Notes: generated by a model from the sequence alone, not told the origin. A stretch of 64,000 bases of DNA from an uncultured Planctomycetota bacterium (GCA_963845755.1 CAWJTV010000028.1:224001-288000); one strand, 5' to 3'; shown: positions 1 through 11,182, counted from the stretch's first letter. Numbers and translations: made by a program.

Positions 1-18
1 TAAACGTATATGGATAAG

Positions 19-46
19 CCCCGGACTCACTGCCGGGTTTTTTGTT
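19..46 (+). terminator. Probable intrinsic terminator
   Basis: CCCGG-loop-CCGGG hairpin followed by TTTTTTGTT. Confidence 0.6.
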
Positions 47-131
47 GCGCCTGACGGGAAAGAAACTGCCTGTCTTGGCGAACAACAGAGAGGCAGTTTT
101 GCCCGCATTCCGGTGGCCGAGGACATAGATC

Positions 132-323
132 ATGCATGCAACATTCCGGGTATTCGAGAGCTATGAGGAAAGCTGGGATAGTCTGTTCCAGCATGCCGCC
201 GAGTTCGCAACCCAACTTGGACGTGAGCGGGTGATCGGCATCTCCCACTGCGAGACAGTCCGGTCCAAGGGGATTGTCGTGGTCTGGTTCTGGGAGTCGG
301 CCGACACTGATACAGGCTCTTGA
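132..323 (+). CDS. Small hypothetical protein (63 aa)
   Basis: ATG preceded by GAGG; protein-like composition (ERVIGISH...GIVVVWFW); lies between two terminators. Confidence 0.6.
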   Translation: MHATFRVFESYEESWDSLFQHAAEFATQLGRERVIGISHCETVRSKGIVVVWFWESADTDTGS

Positions 324-378
324 CCCGAGTGGGCGGTCAGAGGAGGCCGCTCGCCCCATGGGCCCTAGCCCTTTCCCC

Positions 379-407
379 ACCCCAGCCCCACGGCTGGGGT
401 TTTTGTT
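379..407 (+). terminator. Probable intrinsic terminator
   Basis: ACCCCAGCC/GGCTGGGGT 9-bp stem followed by TTTTGTT. Confidence 0.65.
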
Positions 408-688
408 GCGCGAAGGGAAACATCGTGCTATCTTGGCGTCATGCTGACGATCCCCAACCTCCACCATAGAGCCTTTCCGCGTAGCAGAAGTCTGATCGTC
501 AGCAACTTTCCGCGCGTCTGCTACCGATCAACGGCGACTTGTACCCAGGCGCTGATTCGAACTAGAATCGAACGTTTCCGCCAGGGCGTCGAAGTGTCCG
601 GGCTCGCCCGATCCTCTCTCACCGAACGTCGCCCGGACCTCGCTCGCGTGTCGCGCGGGCCTTCACGGTTTCACGGGAACCCATCGCC

Positions 689-2089
689 ATGGAATACGAT
701 GTCGTCATCACCAATGGTGTTCTCCTCGGTGCCGAGGGAGAAACGCGGGCCGACGTCGCGATCCGAGGCGAGACGATCGCGGCCGTGGGACCCGGCCTGG
801 CCGCGGAAAGTCACGGCGGCCCTGAGATCCTCGATGCGAAGGGATGCCATGTCATCCCAGGTGGAATCGATGTCCACGTGCATCTGGAGCTGCCGTTCTG
901 CGGCACGGTCTCCAGCGACAATTGGAACACCGGCACTCGCGCCGCGGCGCGGGGCGGCGTGACGACCGTGATCGATTTCGCCATCCCTTATGGCAAGGAG
1001 ACGCTCCTCGACGCCTATCACAACTGGATGGGCCGGGCGCAGCCCAAGGCATGTGTTGACTATTGCTTCCATATCGCCATCACGGACTGGGATCGTCACG
1101 GTCCCGAGATGAAGAAACTCGTCGAGATGGGTTGCCCGACGTTCAAGGAATTCATGATCTATGCTTCCGAAGGCTGGCAATCCGACGACCGGGCGATCTT
1201 CAACACGCTGGAGCGGTGCCGTGAGCTGGGTGGGATGCTGCTGGTCCACGCCGAATCGAGCCGAGTGCTCGATGAGCTGATCGGCGCGCATCATTCGACA
1301 GAGTTGATGCAACGGTATGGCGCTCGGCTGCACGCGATGACCCGTCCCAACTACATCGAGGCCGAGGCGATCCAACGCGCGATCACCTGGGCCGAGGTGA
1401 CCGGTGGCCGGCTCTACATCGTCCATATGTTCACCGGGGAGGGAGCCGATCATGTCAAGTCCGCACGTGCCCGCGGCGTTGATGTCTACGCCGAGACGTG
1501 TGCCCAGTACCTGGTACTCGACGACTCCGTGTTCGACGGTCCGGACGGTCATCTCTTCGCGTGCTGCCCCCAGGTCAAGAAGAAGAAAGACGAGGAGCGG
1601 CTCTGGAAGGGGCTTCACGACGGCGAGGTCTCCGTCATCTCGACAGACACCTGCACGTTCAACCGGGCCCAGAAGGCACGCTGGGAAGGAGATTGGACGA
1701 AGATCCCGATGGGGCTGCCCGGACTGGAAACGCTGCTGCCCATCGTTTACACGCATGGGGTGCTCGAAGGCCGGCTCACCACGGCGGAGTTCGTCGCCAA
1801 GTGCTGCACCAACCCGGCCAGGCTGATGGGTCTTTATCCGCGCAAGGGCGTCATCGCGGTGGGGAGCGACGCCGACCTCGCGATCATCGATCCCAGGAAA
1901 CGGATCGAGGTCGATCATCGAACGATGGAGACCAACGCCGACTGGAGCCCTTACCAGGGTTGGTCACTGGCCGGATTCGCCGAGACCACGTTCTGTCGCG
2001 GCCGGAAGATTGTCTCGGACTACCGATTCGTCGGCGAGAGCGGTTGGGGCCGATGGCTGCCCCGCGATCGGGCGGGATCGCTCGATTGA
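689..2089 (+). CDS. hydA: Dihydropyrimidinase (D-hydantoinase)
   Basis: PGGIDVHVH metal-binding motif, GTRAAARGGVTTVIDF, VHAE, NPARLMGLYPRKG, GSDAD; adjacent to preTA. Confidence 0.92.
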   Translation: MEYDVVITNGVLLGAEGETRADVAIRGETIAAVGPGLAAESHGGPEILDAKGCHVIPGGIDVHVHLELPFCGTVSSDNWNTGTRAAARGGVTTVIDFAIPYGKETLLDAYHNWMGRAQPKACVDYCFHIAITDWDRHGPEMKKLVEMGCPTFKEFMIYASEGWQSDDRAIFNTLERCRELGGMLLVHAESSRVLDELIGAHHSTELMQRYGARLHAMTRPNYIEAEAIQRAITWAEVTGGRLYIVHMFTGEGADHVKSARARGVDVYAETCAQYLVLDDSVFDGPDGHLFACCPQVKKKKDEERLWKGLHDGEVSVISTDTCTFNRAQKARWEGDWTKIPMGLPGLETLLPIVYTHGVLEGRLTTAEFVAKCCTNPARLMGLYPRKGVIAVGSDADLAIIDPRKRIEVDHRTMETNADWSPYQGWSLAGFAETTFCRGRKIVSDYRFVGESGWGRWLPRDRAGSLD

Positions 2090-2145
2090 GAAGAATCGAC
2101 GGCCGGCGGAACGACTGGCCGACCGAGCCGCCAGAATGATTCCTG

Positions 2146-2222
2146 ACCACGGGTATCACGGAACAACGCGGAAAGAACCAATCTATATTTTTATTCCGTG
2201 TCCGTCCGTGCCTTCCGTGGTT
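2146..2222. repeat. ACCACGG...CCGTGGT palindromic intergenic element
   Basis: Imperfect inverted arms built from CACGG units around an AT-rich core; related elements at 32771 and 62140. Confidence 0.6.
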
Positions 2223-2271
2223 AAGTGACTGATCGACACAATCGGCGCAAGGCGCGAAGCAGGAGTCGTGA

Positions 2272-3606
2272 ATGTTTCGGGCTGGTGAGAGGCAATCCCT
2301 GGAGGTCTTGAACGAGCGGTTCGCCGACGTCCCGCCGCCGCTGACACCGGACGAGGCTCGCATCGATGCCGCGCGTTGTCTATTCTGTTTCGATGCGCCC
2401 TGCACCCGTGCCTGCCCGACGCACATCGATGTCCCTCGGTTCATCCGTCAGATCCTCCATCGCGACGAGATCGGTGCGGCCCGGACTATCCTCGAGGCCA
2501 ACGTCTTCGGCGGCAGTTGCGCCCGCGCCTGTCCCACCGAGGTGCTCTGCGAGGGCGCCTGCGTCGATCAGATGTTGATGAAAGCGCCGGTCCAGATCGG
2601 CCGGCTCCAGCGGTTCGCTTGCGACACCGCCGCAGATCGAGACATCCCGTTCTTCGAGGCGGGCACTCCTACAGGGAAACGAGTCGCCGTGATCGGCTCG
2701 GGACCGGCCGGACTGGCCTGCGCTCACGAGCTGCGCCGGCTCGGGCATGACGTGATCGTGTTCGAGGCGCGCGACGTTCCCGGCGGACTCGATTCGCTCG
2801 GCATCGCCGCCTACAAGATCTCGACCGATTTCGCACTGGCGGAGATCGAGCGGATTCGCCGGATCGGCATCGCGATCGAGCTCGGCCACCGCGTCACCGG
2901 CGAGGAAATCCGGACGATGCTCGGCGCGTTCGACGCGGTGTTCCTGGGAATCGGGCTGGGGCGGACGTCGCCACTCTCGATCGAGGGCGAAGACCTCGCC
3001 GGTGTCTGGGAGGCCCTGGACTTCATCTTCCAGACCCATACCGGACCGTTCACGGAATGCCTGGTGGGCAGGAACGTCCTGGTGATCGGCGCCGGCAACA
3101 CGGCGATCGACGTGGCGACCGCGGCCAGGCGGCTCGGGGCCGAGACAGTCACCATTGTCTACCGGCGATCCGAGGCGCTGATTCCGGCCTTCGCCTACGA
3201 GTATCGGCTCGCGATGTCGGACGGCGTCAGATTCGAGTGGTTCGCCCAGCCGGTCCGCATCCTAGCCGATCGGTCGGAGACCCGAGGTGTCGAGTTTCTC
3301 CGGACCGAGCTCGAGGATCCGACCTCGCGGTCCGGCAACATTCGGACGGTCGCTGGATCGAATTTCGTCATAGCAGCCGACATGGTCGTCAAGGCACTGG
3401 GTCAGGAACCGCTGCTGGATCTGCTCGCGGCCTTGCCTGGCTTGCGTTGCGAACAAGGCCGGATCATCGTCGATCGTACGACCGGGGCGACGAGCATCGC
3501 TGGCCTTTTCGCCGGTGGCGACTGCTTGCGTAGTGGGGGCGAAGTCGTCGATGCGGTCCAGGATGGGAAGCTCGCCGTGCGCGGTATGCACGCAACTTTC
3601 GCATAA
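2272..3606 (+). CDS. preT: Dihydropyrimidine dehydrogenase subunit PreT (GltD-like FAD/Fe-S)
   Basis: CLFCFDAPCTRACP, CARACPTEVLCEGAC, GSGPAG, GAGNTAID, FAGGD. Confidence 0.9.
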   Translation: MFRAGERQSLEVLNERFADVPPPLTPDEARIDAARCLFCFDAPCTRACPTHIDVPRFIRQILHRDEIGAARTILEANVFGGSCARACPTEVLCEGACVDQMLMKAPVQIGRLQRFACDTAADRDIPFFEAGTPTGKRVAVIGSGPAGLACAHELRRLGHDVIVFEARDVPGGLDSLGIAAYKISTDFALAEIERIRRIGIAIELGHRVTGEEIRTMLGAFDAVFLGIGLGRTSPLSIEGEDLAGVWEALDFIFQTHTGPFTECLVGRNVLVIGAGNTAIDVATAARRLGAETVTIVYRRSEALIPAFAYEYRLAMSDGVRFEWFAQPVRILADRSETRGVEFLRTELEDPTSRSGNIRTVAGSNFVIAADMVVKALGQEPLLDLLAALPGLRCEQGRIIVDRTTGATSIAGLFAGGDCLRSGGEVVDAVQDGKLAVRGMHATFA

Positions 3607-3630
3607 TCAACCGTTCAAGTTGGATCCAAA

Positions 3631-5011
3631 ATGCCCGATCTCTCGATTGAATTCTGCGGCGTCAAGGCGCCGAATCCGTTCTGGCTGGCATCCGGTCCGC
3701 CGACTAACTCCGAATACCAGGTCCGCCGCGCGTTCGACGCCGGCTGGGGCGGCGCCGTATGGAAGACGCTGGCCGACGAGCCGATCGTCAACGTTTCATC
3801 GCGCGTACGGCGCCCTCGATTACGACGGGCGGAAGGTGATGGGACTCAATAATATCGAATTGATCACCGATCGCACGCTCGAGGTCAATCTCCAGGAGAT
3901 CACTCGCGTCAAGCAAGCATACCCAGATCGAGCACTTTTCGTCTCCCTGATGGTCGAGTCGACCCGCGAAGCCTGGCATGAGATCACCAAGCGGACGCAG
4001 GATGCCGGCGCCGACGGGATCGAGCTGAACTTTGGTTGCCCGCACGGAATGAGCGAGCGCGGCATGGGATCGGCGGTCGGTCAAGTGCCCGAGTACACGT
4101 GCATGATCACAGAATGGGTCAAGGAGGTGGCGACCTTCCCCGTGATGGTCAAGCTCACGCCGAACGTCGGCGACGTGACGACGATCGGCCGCGCGGCGGT
4201 CCGCGGCGGGGCCGACGCGATCTCTCTGATCAATACGATTAACTCGATCATGGGTGTCGATCTGGATACGCTCGCCCCCAAGCCATCGGTTCGCGGTCAG
4301 GGGACGCACGGCGGTTATTGCGGCCCCGCGGTCAAACCTATTGCGCTGAATATGACCGCCTCCATCGCGGCCGATCCGGCTATCGGCGTCCCGATCAGCG
4401 GCATCGGTGGCATCCAGGCGTGGCACGATGCGGTCGAGTTCTTGTTGCTGGGAGCGGCTTCGGTACAGATCTGCACGGCCGTTATGCACTATGGATTCCG
4501 GATCATCGAACATCTAATGAGTGGGATGGAAGGCTGGATGCGCGAGAAGGGATACCGCACGATTAGCGAGTTCGTCGGCCGCTCTGTGCCACGTATCAAG
4601 ACCTGGGGAGAGCTTGACCTGAACTACAAGCTTCTTGCCCACATCGAACCCGAGAAATGCATCCACTGTGGACTCTGCTACATCGCCTGTGAGGACGGCT
4701 GCCACCAATCAATTCGATGGGATCGCGTCCCGACGGTCGAGTACCTGGCCGCGCGGGCTTCGCACAACGGCGCGATCCGCTCAGGAGGGTACGATGTCTT
4801 ACCGGGGGCTGGTGACGGCACGATCAATGTGTTCTCGATCAAGGAGGACACCTGCGTCGGCTGCAATATGTGCAGCCTGGTTTGTCCGGTTGAGGGTTGT
4901 ATCACGATGCGAGAGGTGGACACAGGCCGTCCACCGATGAGTTGGAACGAATACCAGGCGAACCTGGCCGCGGGCCAGGTTAGTCCGATTCAGCCACCGA
5001 GGCACGTGTGA
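3631..5011 (+). CDS. preA: Dihydropyrimidine dehydrogenase subunit PreA (one frame break near 3803)
   Basis: NPFWLASGPPT in the 3631 frame joins GLNNIELI, ELNFGCPHGMSERGMG and two CxxCxxC ferredoxin motifs in the next frame. Confidence 0.9.
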
Positions 5012-5117
5012 GAGAGAGAAAGTGTCCGTGAGAGCCTCCGGACCGACTTTCCTCACAATCATTGAACCCTCGCAAAGGCACGCGGCTCGGACGCGAGGGC
5101 CGGACACGGGAACGCTC

Positions 5118-6488
5118 TCATCCCCGCGCGGAGATCAGGGTCAGCACCTCGTCCAGACAATCGACCAGGAAGTCCGCATCGTCGCTGGCCAGACACATCG
5201 GGGGCTTGATGCGCAGCGTGTTGCCGGCCAGTCCTCCTTTGCCGATGAGCAGGCCCCGCTCTTTGCATAGGTCCAGAACGTCGGCTGTCTCGGTTGAGGC
5301 GGGTTCCTTCGACTGGCGGTCGCGCACCAGCTCGACGCCCAGCATCAGGCCCATGCCGCGGACCTCGCCGATCAGCGACTGCCGTTCTTGAAGCTCCAGA
5401 AGTCGGTGCTTCAGATGCGTCCCAACGGTCAGGGCGTTCTGCTGAATGCCCTCACTGTCGATGACTTCGAGCGTCGCCAGCCCTTGCGTCATTGAGATCG
5501 GATTACCGCCGAACGTGTTGAAATGGACGCGATTCGTCATCGCACGCGCGATCTCCGGCCGGGTGATGCACGCGCCCAGAGGCGCCGCCGTTGCCGATCC
5601 CCTTGGCCATGGTGACGATGTCGGGAGTCACGCCCCAGTTCTCGAAACCCCAGAAGGCCGTCCCGGTCCGACCGAAACCGGTCTGGACCTCGTCGGCGAT
5701 GCAGAGGCCCCCGTGCTTGCGGATGATCTCGTAAACGATCTCGAAGTATTCGCGCGGCGGTGTGACCGTCCCACCCACGCCCTGAATCGGTTCGGCGATG
5801 AAGCAGGCGACCTCGCCGGGCGTCTCGTACCGGATCAGGTCCTCGACGTCCCGGCGCACTTCACGTCACAGCTCGGATACTCGAGGCCGAACGGGCATCG
5901 ATAGCAGTAGCCCGGTGTCGCGTGCTTGACGCCCACCGTCGGGTTCGACTTGAACCTCCAGTTCCCGTGCGCGGTCAGACCCATGGCCGCCTGCGTCCCG
6001 CCGTGGTAGCCGTTGCGGAGGCTGATAACATCCGCGTTGCCGGTGAACTCGCGCGACGAGAGGATCGCAATCTCGTTGGCCTCACTCCCGGAATTCGTGA
6101 AATAGCTGACCGACAGTCCGCTCGCCTCGGGCATGTGTTCGGCCAGCCTCTTGCCGAACTGGGCGATCGTGGGGTGCAGGTAGATCGTCGTGGTGTGCTG
6201 GAGCCGGCCGATCTGCTCGCGCACCTTCTCCACGACCCTGGGATGACAATGGCCGACCGAGACCGTGACAATCCCGGCAAACGCGTCGAGATACTGCTTA
6301 CCGGTCTCGTCCCAGACGTACTGCATGTGGCCCTCGGCGATCAGCAAGGGCTCGCGGTAATACGTGATGAGCCCAGGCGTGAGATATTCTCGGCGCATCG
6401 CGAGCACCTCCTCGCGCGAAGGGCCATCGTAGGGAGCGGGCGTGTGGGAGGAGATCGGAAGTCTTGTCTGTAGCGACTCCATCGACAT
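5118..6488 (-). CDS. Class III PLP aminotransferase, AGXT2/PYD4-like (probable beta-alanine aminotransferase); frame breaks near 5855 and 5584
   Basis: Three consecutive ORF pieces carry [43 protein letters not shown] and NTFGGNP/RIKPP. Confidence 0.85.
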
Positions 6489-6537
6489 TATAATACTCTT
6501 TATATAAGAATATATGAAAAATCAAAATACGATTATC

Positions 6538-7437
6538 TCAAAGCTGGATGATCGAGCCGTAAGTTTCGGGGCGGCGATCGCGGAAGAACTGCCAGGTGTT
6601 GCGGACCTCGCGGATCAGGTTCAGGTTCAGGTCGGCGATCACGATATCATCGGCGTCGCGACACCCGACCGCGAGCATCTGCCCGCGCGGGTCGCAGAAA
6701 TAGCTCTGGCCGTAGAACTCGCCGATTCGCCAGGGCTCCTCGAAGCCCGGCCGGTTGATCGCGCCGACGAAATACCCATTGGCCACCGCGTGCGCCGGCT
6801 GCTCGAGCCTCCAGAGGTATTCGGAAAGTCCCGCCACCGTCGCCGACGGATTGAACACGATCTCCGCCCCGTTGAGGCCCAGGCAGCGCGCCCCTTCCGG
6901 GAAATGACGATCGTAGCAGATGTAGACCCCGACTTTCCCCACCCGGGTTTCGAAGACCGGATATCCGAGATTACCGGGCCGGAAGTAGAACTTCTCCCAG
7001 AATCCCGGCGGGCAATGAGGGATGTGTATCTTGCGAAACTTCCCGAGGTAGCGCCCGTCTGCGTCGATGACAGCCGCCGTGTTGTAGTAGACCCCCGTGA
7101 GGTCTTCTTCGTACACCGGCACGATCAGCACGATTTCGTGTCGTTTGGCGATCTCGGCCATCAGCCGGGTCGTGGGTCCGTCCGGAACAGGCTCGGTCAG
7201 TTCGTACCACCGTGTTTGCTGCTCGGCGCAGAAGTAAGGGCCGTAGAAGAGCTCCTGCAAACAAACGACCTGAGCACCGCGCTCGGCTGCCTTGGCGATA
7301 AGTCCGACGTGCTTTTCGATCATCGCCTGCTTCACCACGGCGACGGGCGAGGTAGCGGGTTCGCAAAGAGTCGCTTGGATCAGACCACTCCGGACGATTC
7401 GCGACATGATGATTCCTCTTGCGATCATGACATTCAA
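6538..7437 (-). CDS. pydC: Nitrilase-family beta-ureidopropionase (start may be 7407)
   Basis: LQELF, RKIHIP, FWEKFYF, ICYDRHFPE (E-K-C triad); pyrimidine cluster context. Confidence 0.85.
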   Translation of the reverse strand: MNVMIARGIIMSRIVRSGLIQATLCEPATSPVAVVKQAMIEKHVGLIAKAAERGAQVVCLQELFYGPYFCAEQQTRWYELTEPVPDGPTTRLMAEIAKRHEIVLIVPVYEEDLTGVYYNTAAVIDADGRYLGKFRKIHIPHCPPGFWEKFYFRPGNLGYPVFETRVGKVGVYICYDRHFPEGARCLGLNGAEIVFNPSATVAGLSEYLWRLEQPAHAVANGYFVGAINRPGFEEPWRIGEFYGQSYFCDPRGQMLAVGCRDADDIVIADLNLNLIREVRNTWQFFRDRRPETYGSIIQL

Positions 7438-7579
7438 GATCGTGACGATGCTACAGGATGGAGGCCCGGGATTCCAGTGAGGACGGACAGGGGAGGGCTG
7501 ATTCCGGGGTTCGGTTCTACTCGCGGCCCGTCATCCCATGATAAGATGCCCTTCGAATCCCTTCCACGGAGACGCTCCC

Positions 7580-9107
7580 ATGATCATGACTCAGCCCGAG
7601 GTCGAATCCCGCGATCGCGTCAGAATGCTCGTCGGAGGCCGATGGGAGGCAAGCCGATCTCCGCGTTTCGGCCCGGTGTACAACCCCTCGAACGGGAGCG
7701 TGATCGCGACGGTCCCGTTCTGCACCGCGGACGAGGTTGATCGGGCCGTGCGATCGGCGGCCACATCGCTCCCGTACTGGGCCGAAACACCGGTTGTCGA
7801 TCGGGCGCGGGTGATGTTCCGGTTCCGCGAGCGGCTCGCCGCGAATGCCGAGGAGCTCGCGAACCTGGTCACGCGCGAGCACGGCAAGACGCTTGCCGAG
7901 GCGCGGCGCGTCGGTCCAGCGTGGCATGGAAGTCGTCGAGTTCGCATGCGGCGTGCCCAGTCTGATGATGGGCCAGTCGCTGGCGAACATCGCGCGTCAG
8001 GTTGACTGCGAGACCATCCGCCACCCGGTCGGCGTCTGCGCGGGAGTCACGCCGTTCAATTTCCCGGCAATGGTCCCACTCTGGATGTTCCCGATCGCGA
8101 TCACCTGCGGCAACACCTTCGTGCTCAAGCCTTCGGAGAAGGTGCCGATGTCGGCGGTCCGGCTGGGGGAGTTGCTCATGGAGTCAGGACTGCCCGAGGG
8201 CGTCTTCAATATCGTGCACGGCGACCGCGAGGCCGTCGATGCGATCCTGACTCATCCTCTGGTCCGCGCGATCTCGTTCGTCGGCTCTACGGAAGTGGCC
8301 CGGCAGGTGTATGAGACCGGCACGCGGAACGGCAAACGCGTTCAGGCGGCCGGTGGCGCGAAGAATCATCTGATCGTCATGCCGGACGCCGACCTCGACC
8401 AGACGGTCGGTGCGCTCCAGCTCTCGGCGTTTGGCTGCGCCGGCGAGCGCTGCATGGCCGGCAGCATCGCGATGCCCGTCGGCCCAGTTGCCGATTCCCT
8501 GGTCGAACGACTGTGCGAGAAAGCGAGCCGAATGAAAGTTGGTCCGACCGATGACGGTTCGGACGTTGACATGGGACCCGTCATCACCCGCGAGCACCTC
8601 GAGCGAGTGGCTGGTTACCTCGATATCGGCCGCCACGAAGGGGCCAACGTCGCCCTCGACGGCCGGTCCGCTATGTCCGCCAACGGCGGCTTTCTGATCG
8701 GTCCCAGCGTGCTCGACCGCGTCGCACCCGGCATGAGGGTCGCGCGCGACGAGATCTTCGGACCGGTCCTCTCGGTCATCCGCGTCGACGATCTCGACCA
8801 GGCGCTGGCGATCGGCCGCGAATGCCCTTATGGCAACGGCGCATCGATCTTCACCCGGAGCGGCTGGGCGGCGCGGAAGTTCAAGCAACACTTCAACGCG
8901 GGTATGATCGGCATCAATGTCGGCGTGCCCGCTCCCATGGCCTGGTTCCCGTTCACCGGCTGGAATCGCTCCTTCTTCGGCGACTTGCATATTCAGGGAA
9001 CCGAGTCGATCCAGTTCTACACCCAGCAGAAGATGACCATGACTCGTTGGTTCGAATCGCCCCGCGACTCGCACCATGACCCCGTCTGGAAGACGGGCAA
9101 GGGATGA
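7580..9107 (+). CDS. mmsA: CoA-acylating (methyl)malonate-semialdehyde dehydrogenase; frame break near 7906
   Basis: TPFNFPAMVPLW, KPSEKVP, SFVGST, GGAKNH, AGERCMA, EIFGPV, GINVGVPAP. Confidence 0.9.
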
Positions 9108-9128
9108 GAGCAGACTCGATCGACCCGG

Positions 9129-10640
9129 TCATTCCGTGGGCTGCGGGCCTGTAACTTTCATCAAGAGCAGATAGCTTAGAGCAGACAGCCCGAAGCTGAT
9201 GAACCACGCATAGTTGTACATTGCGGTCCAGATCGGCGAGACCTCGAGAGCGCCAATGGTGCCCAGGAACCCGGGTACACACGGGCCGATTCCCATTGCC
9301 AGGGCGATCAGTGCCGCGGGGTTGAAGCCTCGCAAGTACCAGTATGGTCCCGCGGTTTGATAGAGTCCCTTGAGGTCTAGCCTGGTTCGACGGATCACAT
9401 AGTAATCGACGATCAGGATACCCCCGACGGCCCCGAGCAGCGAGGAATAGGCGACCAACCACTTGAAGATGTAGCCCGTCGGGTCGGCGATCAGCCTCCA
9501 AGGTTGCATCAGGATTCCCAGGAGGCCCGTAATCAGGCCGCCCGTTCGAAATGAGATCCCTCTCGGCCAGACATGGGAGAAATCGTTCGCCGGGCCGACA
9601 ACGTTGGCCGCGATGTTCGTGGCCAAGGTTGCCAGGCAGAGTGAGACCATCGCCACCGACAGCACGAACGGATTGCGGAATCGGGACAGGAGGTCGATGG
9701 GATCCCATATGGATTTCCCGTAGATGACGATCGTTGACGAGGTGACGGCCACGCCGATGAACGAGTAGAGCGCCATCGTCGTCGGTAGGCCGAGAATCTG
9801 TCCGAGGACCTGGTCGCGCTGCGACCGTGCATACCGAGTGAAATCGGGAATATTGAGCGAGAGCGTGGCCCAGAATCCAATCATCCCGGTCAGGGCCGGG
9901 AAGAAGAACGCCCAGAACTGGCCAGCCTTCGGCCCTCCTGGATCGAAGTCCGAAGGCTGATCGAGCATCGGCCCAAATCCCTTGGCCTGCACGTAGGCCC
10001 ATCCTAACAGGAGAAGCCCCAGCGCGATCAACAGTGGTGCTTTGATGTTCAACAGAAAGCGGATCGACTCGATCCCCAGGTAAATGACGACGATGTTGAC
10101 GGCCCAGAATGCCAAGAAGCAGGCCACTTCGGCGCGATTGATGCCGAGACTTGCGATCGTCGGCAACTCGGCCCAGGCGGGGACATAGATGGCGAGGATC
10201 TTGTAGATGGCCTCGCCTCCAATCCAGGTCTGGATCCCGAACCAACCACACGCGACCAGGGCGCGCAAGAGGGCAGGGACGTTGGCCCCGATGATCCCGA
10301 ACGAAGAGCGGCAATAGATCGGAAACGGGATGCCGTACTTCGTCCCCGCGTGTGCATTGAGAACCATCGGGATCAGCACGATGCTATTGCCCAGGACGAT
10401 CGTGACGATCGCCTGCCACCAGTTCATCCCTTCGGCGATCAACGAAGAGGCCAGCATGTAGGTTGGGATGCAGGCCGACATCGAGACCCACAGGGCCGCA
10501 ATGTCCTTTAGGCCCCATCGCCGCTGCTCCTTGGTCGTGGGAGCAAGGTCGGCATTGACATGAATCGATGGCTCGAACGGCTCCAGCTCGGGCCTCACCG
10601 CAACCGGTGGCCATGTCGCCGGGTGATCGATGGCCTCCAC
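9129..10640 (-). CDS. NCS1 family nucleobase:cation symporter (uracil/dihydropyrimidine)
   Basis: CIPTYMLA, GTKYGIPFP, ACGWFGIQTW, WATLSLNIPDFTR, NIAANVV; GTG start with AGGAGG upstream. Confidence 0.9.
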   Translation of the reverse strand: MEAIDHPATWPPVAVRPELEPFEPSIHVNADLAPTTKEQRRWGLKDIAALWVSMSACIPTYMLASSLIAEGMNWWQAIVTIVLGNSIVLIPMVLNAHAGTKYGIPFPIYCRSSFGIIGANVPALLRALVACGWFGIQTWIGGEAIYKILAIYVPAWAELPTIASLGINRAEVACFLAFWAVNIVVIYLGIESIRFLLNIKAPLLIALGLLLLGWAYVQAKGFGPMLDQPSDFDPGGPKAGQFWAFFFPALTGMIGFWATLSLNIPDFTRYARSQRDQVLGQILGLPTTMALYSFIGVAVTSSTIVIYGKSIWDPIDLLSRFRNPFVLSVAMVSLCLATLATNIAANVVGPANDFSHVWPRGISFRTGGLITGLLGILMQPWRLIADPTGYIFKWLVAYSSLLGAVGGILIVDYYVIRRTRLDLKGLYQTAGPYWYLRGFNPAALIALAMGIGPCVPGFLGTIGALEVSPIWTAMYNYAWFISFGLSALSYLLLMKVTGPQPTE

Positions 10641-10768
10641 CGTGCACAGCCTCCTACTCCTCGGACACCGCTCGATCCGCGCCTGGGTCATTCCCGCGAG
10701 ACCGCCACCCGGCACGACCACGGCACCACGCATCGAGGACTAATCTCCCCGTGTCAGCCCGGATATCT

Positions 10769-11182
10769 TCAACGGATGCCCAAGGGAATATTGATGGACT
10801 TTCCTTCCAGCTCGACGCTCAGGACGCCGTCCAGGCCTCCCTTCGGGAAAAGAGGAGGCCCGGTGGGGGTGACCAGCGCCTCACCTTCCGGCTTGAGATC
10901 AATCTTTTTCTCCCCGATCGTGAGCGTGCCCGCGGCAGGAGCCGGCGAAAGGGGCTCGTTGGATTGATTGATTAAGTAGAAGGAGACCTCGGCACTCATC
11001 GTGGACTTCGCCGATCCGGCCTCCTTCTGGACGATTTCGACATATCCCTTTCCGCCGGGTAGGGCGATCAGGTTCCCATGGTGGGGCGGGGCTGATCCGG
11101 GATTGGTTGTCGAAGTCCCTCCCCCACAGCCGGTCAAGAGACCGAGAAGGATGAGGCAACTCACTCGAGGAACCTTGACCAT
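10769..11182 (-). CDS. Hypothetical lipoprotein
   Basis: Lipobox LLTGC, PHHG motif; downstream of a DUF1559 gene, a common planctomycete pairing. Confidence 0.7.
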   Translation of the reverse strand: MVKVPRVSCLILLGLLTGCGGGTSTTNPGSAPPHHGNLIALPGGKGYVEIVQKEAGSAKSTMSAEVSFYLINQSNEPLSPAPAAGTLTIGEKKIDLKPEGEALVTPTGPPLFPKGGLDGVLSVELEGKSINIPLGIR

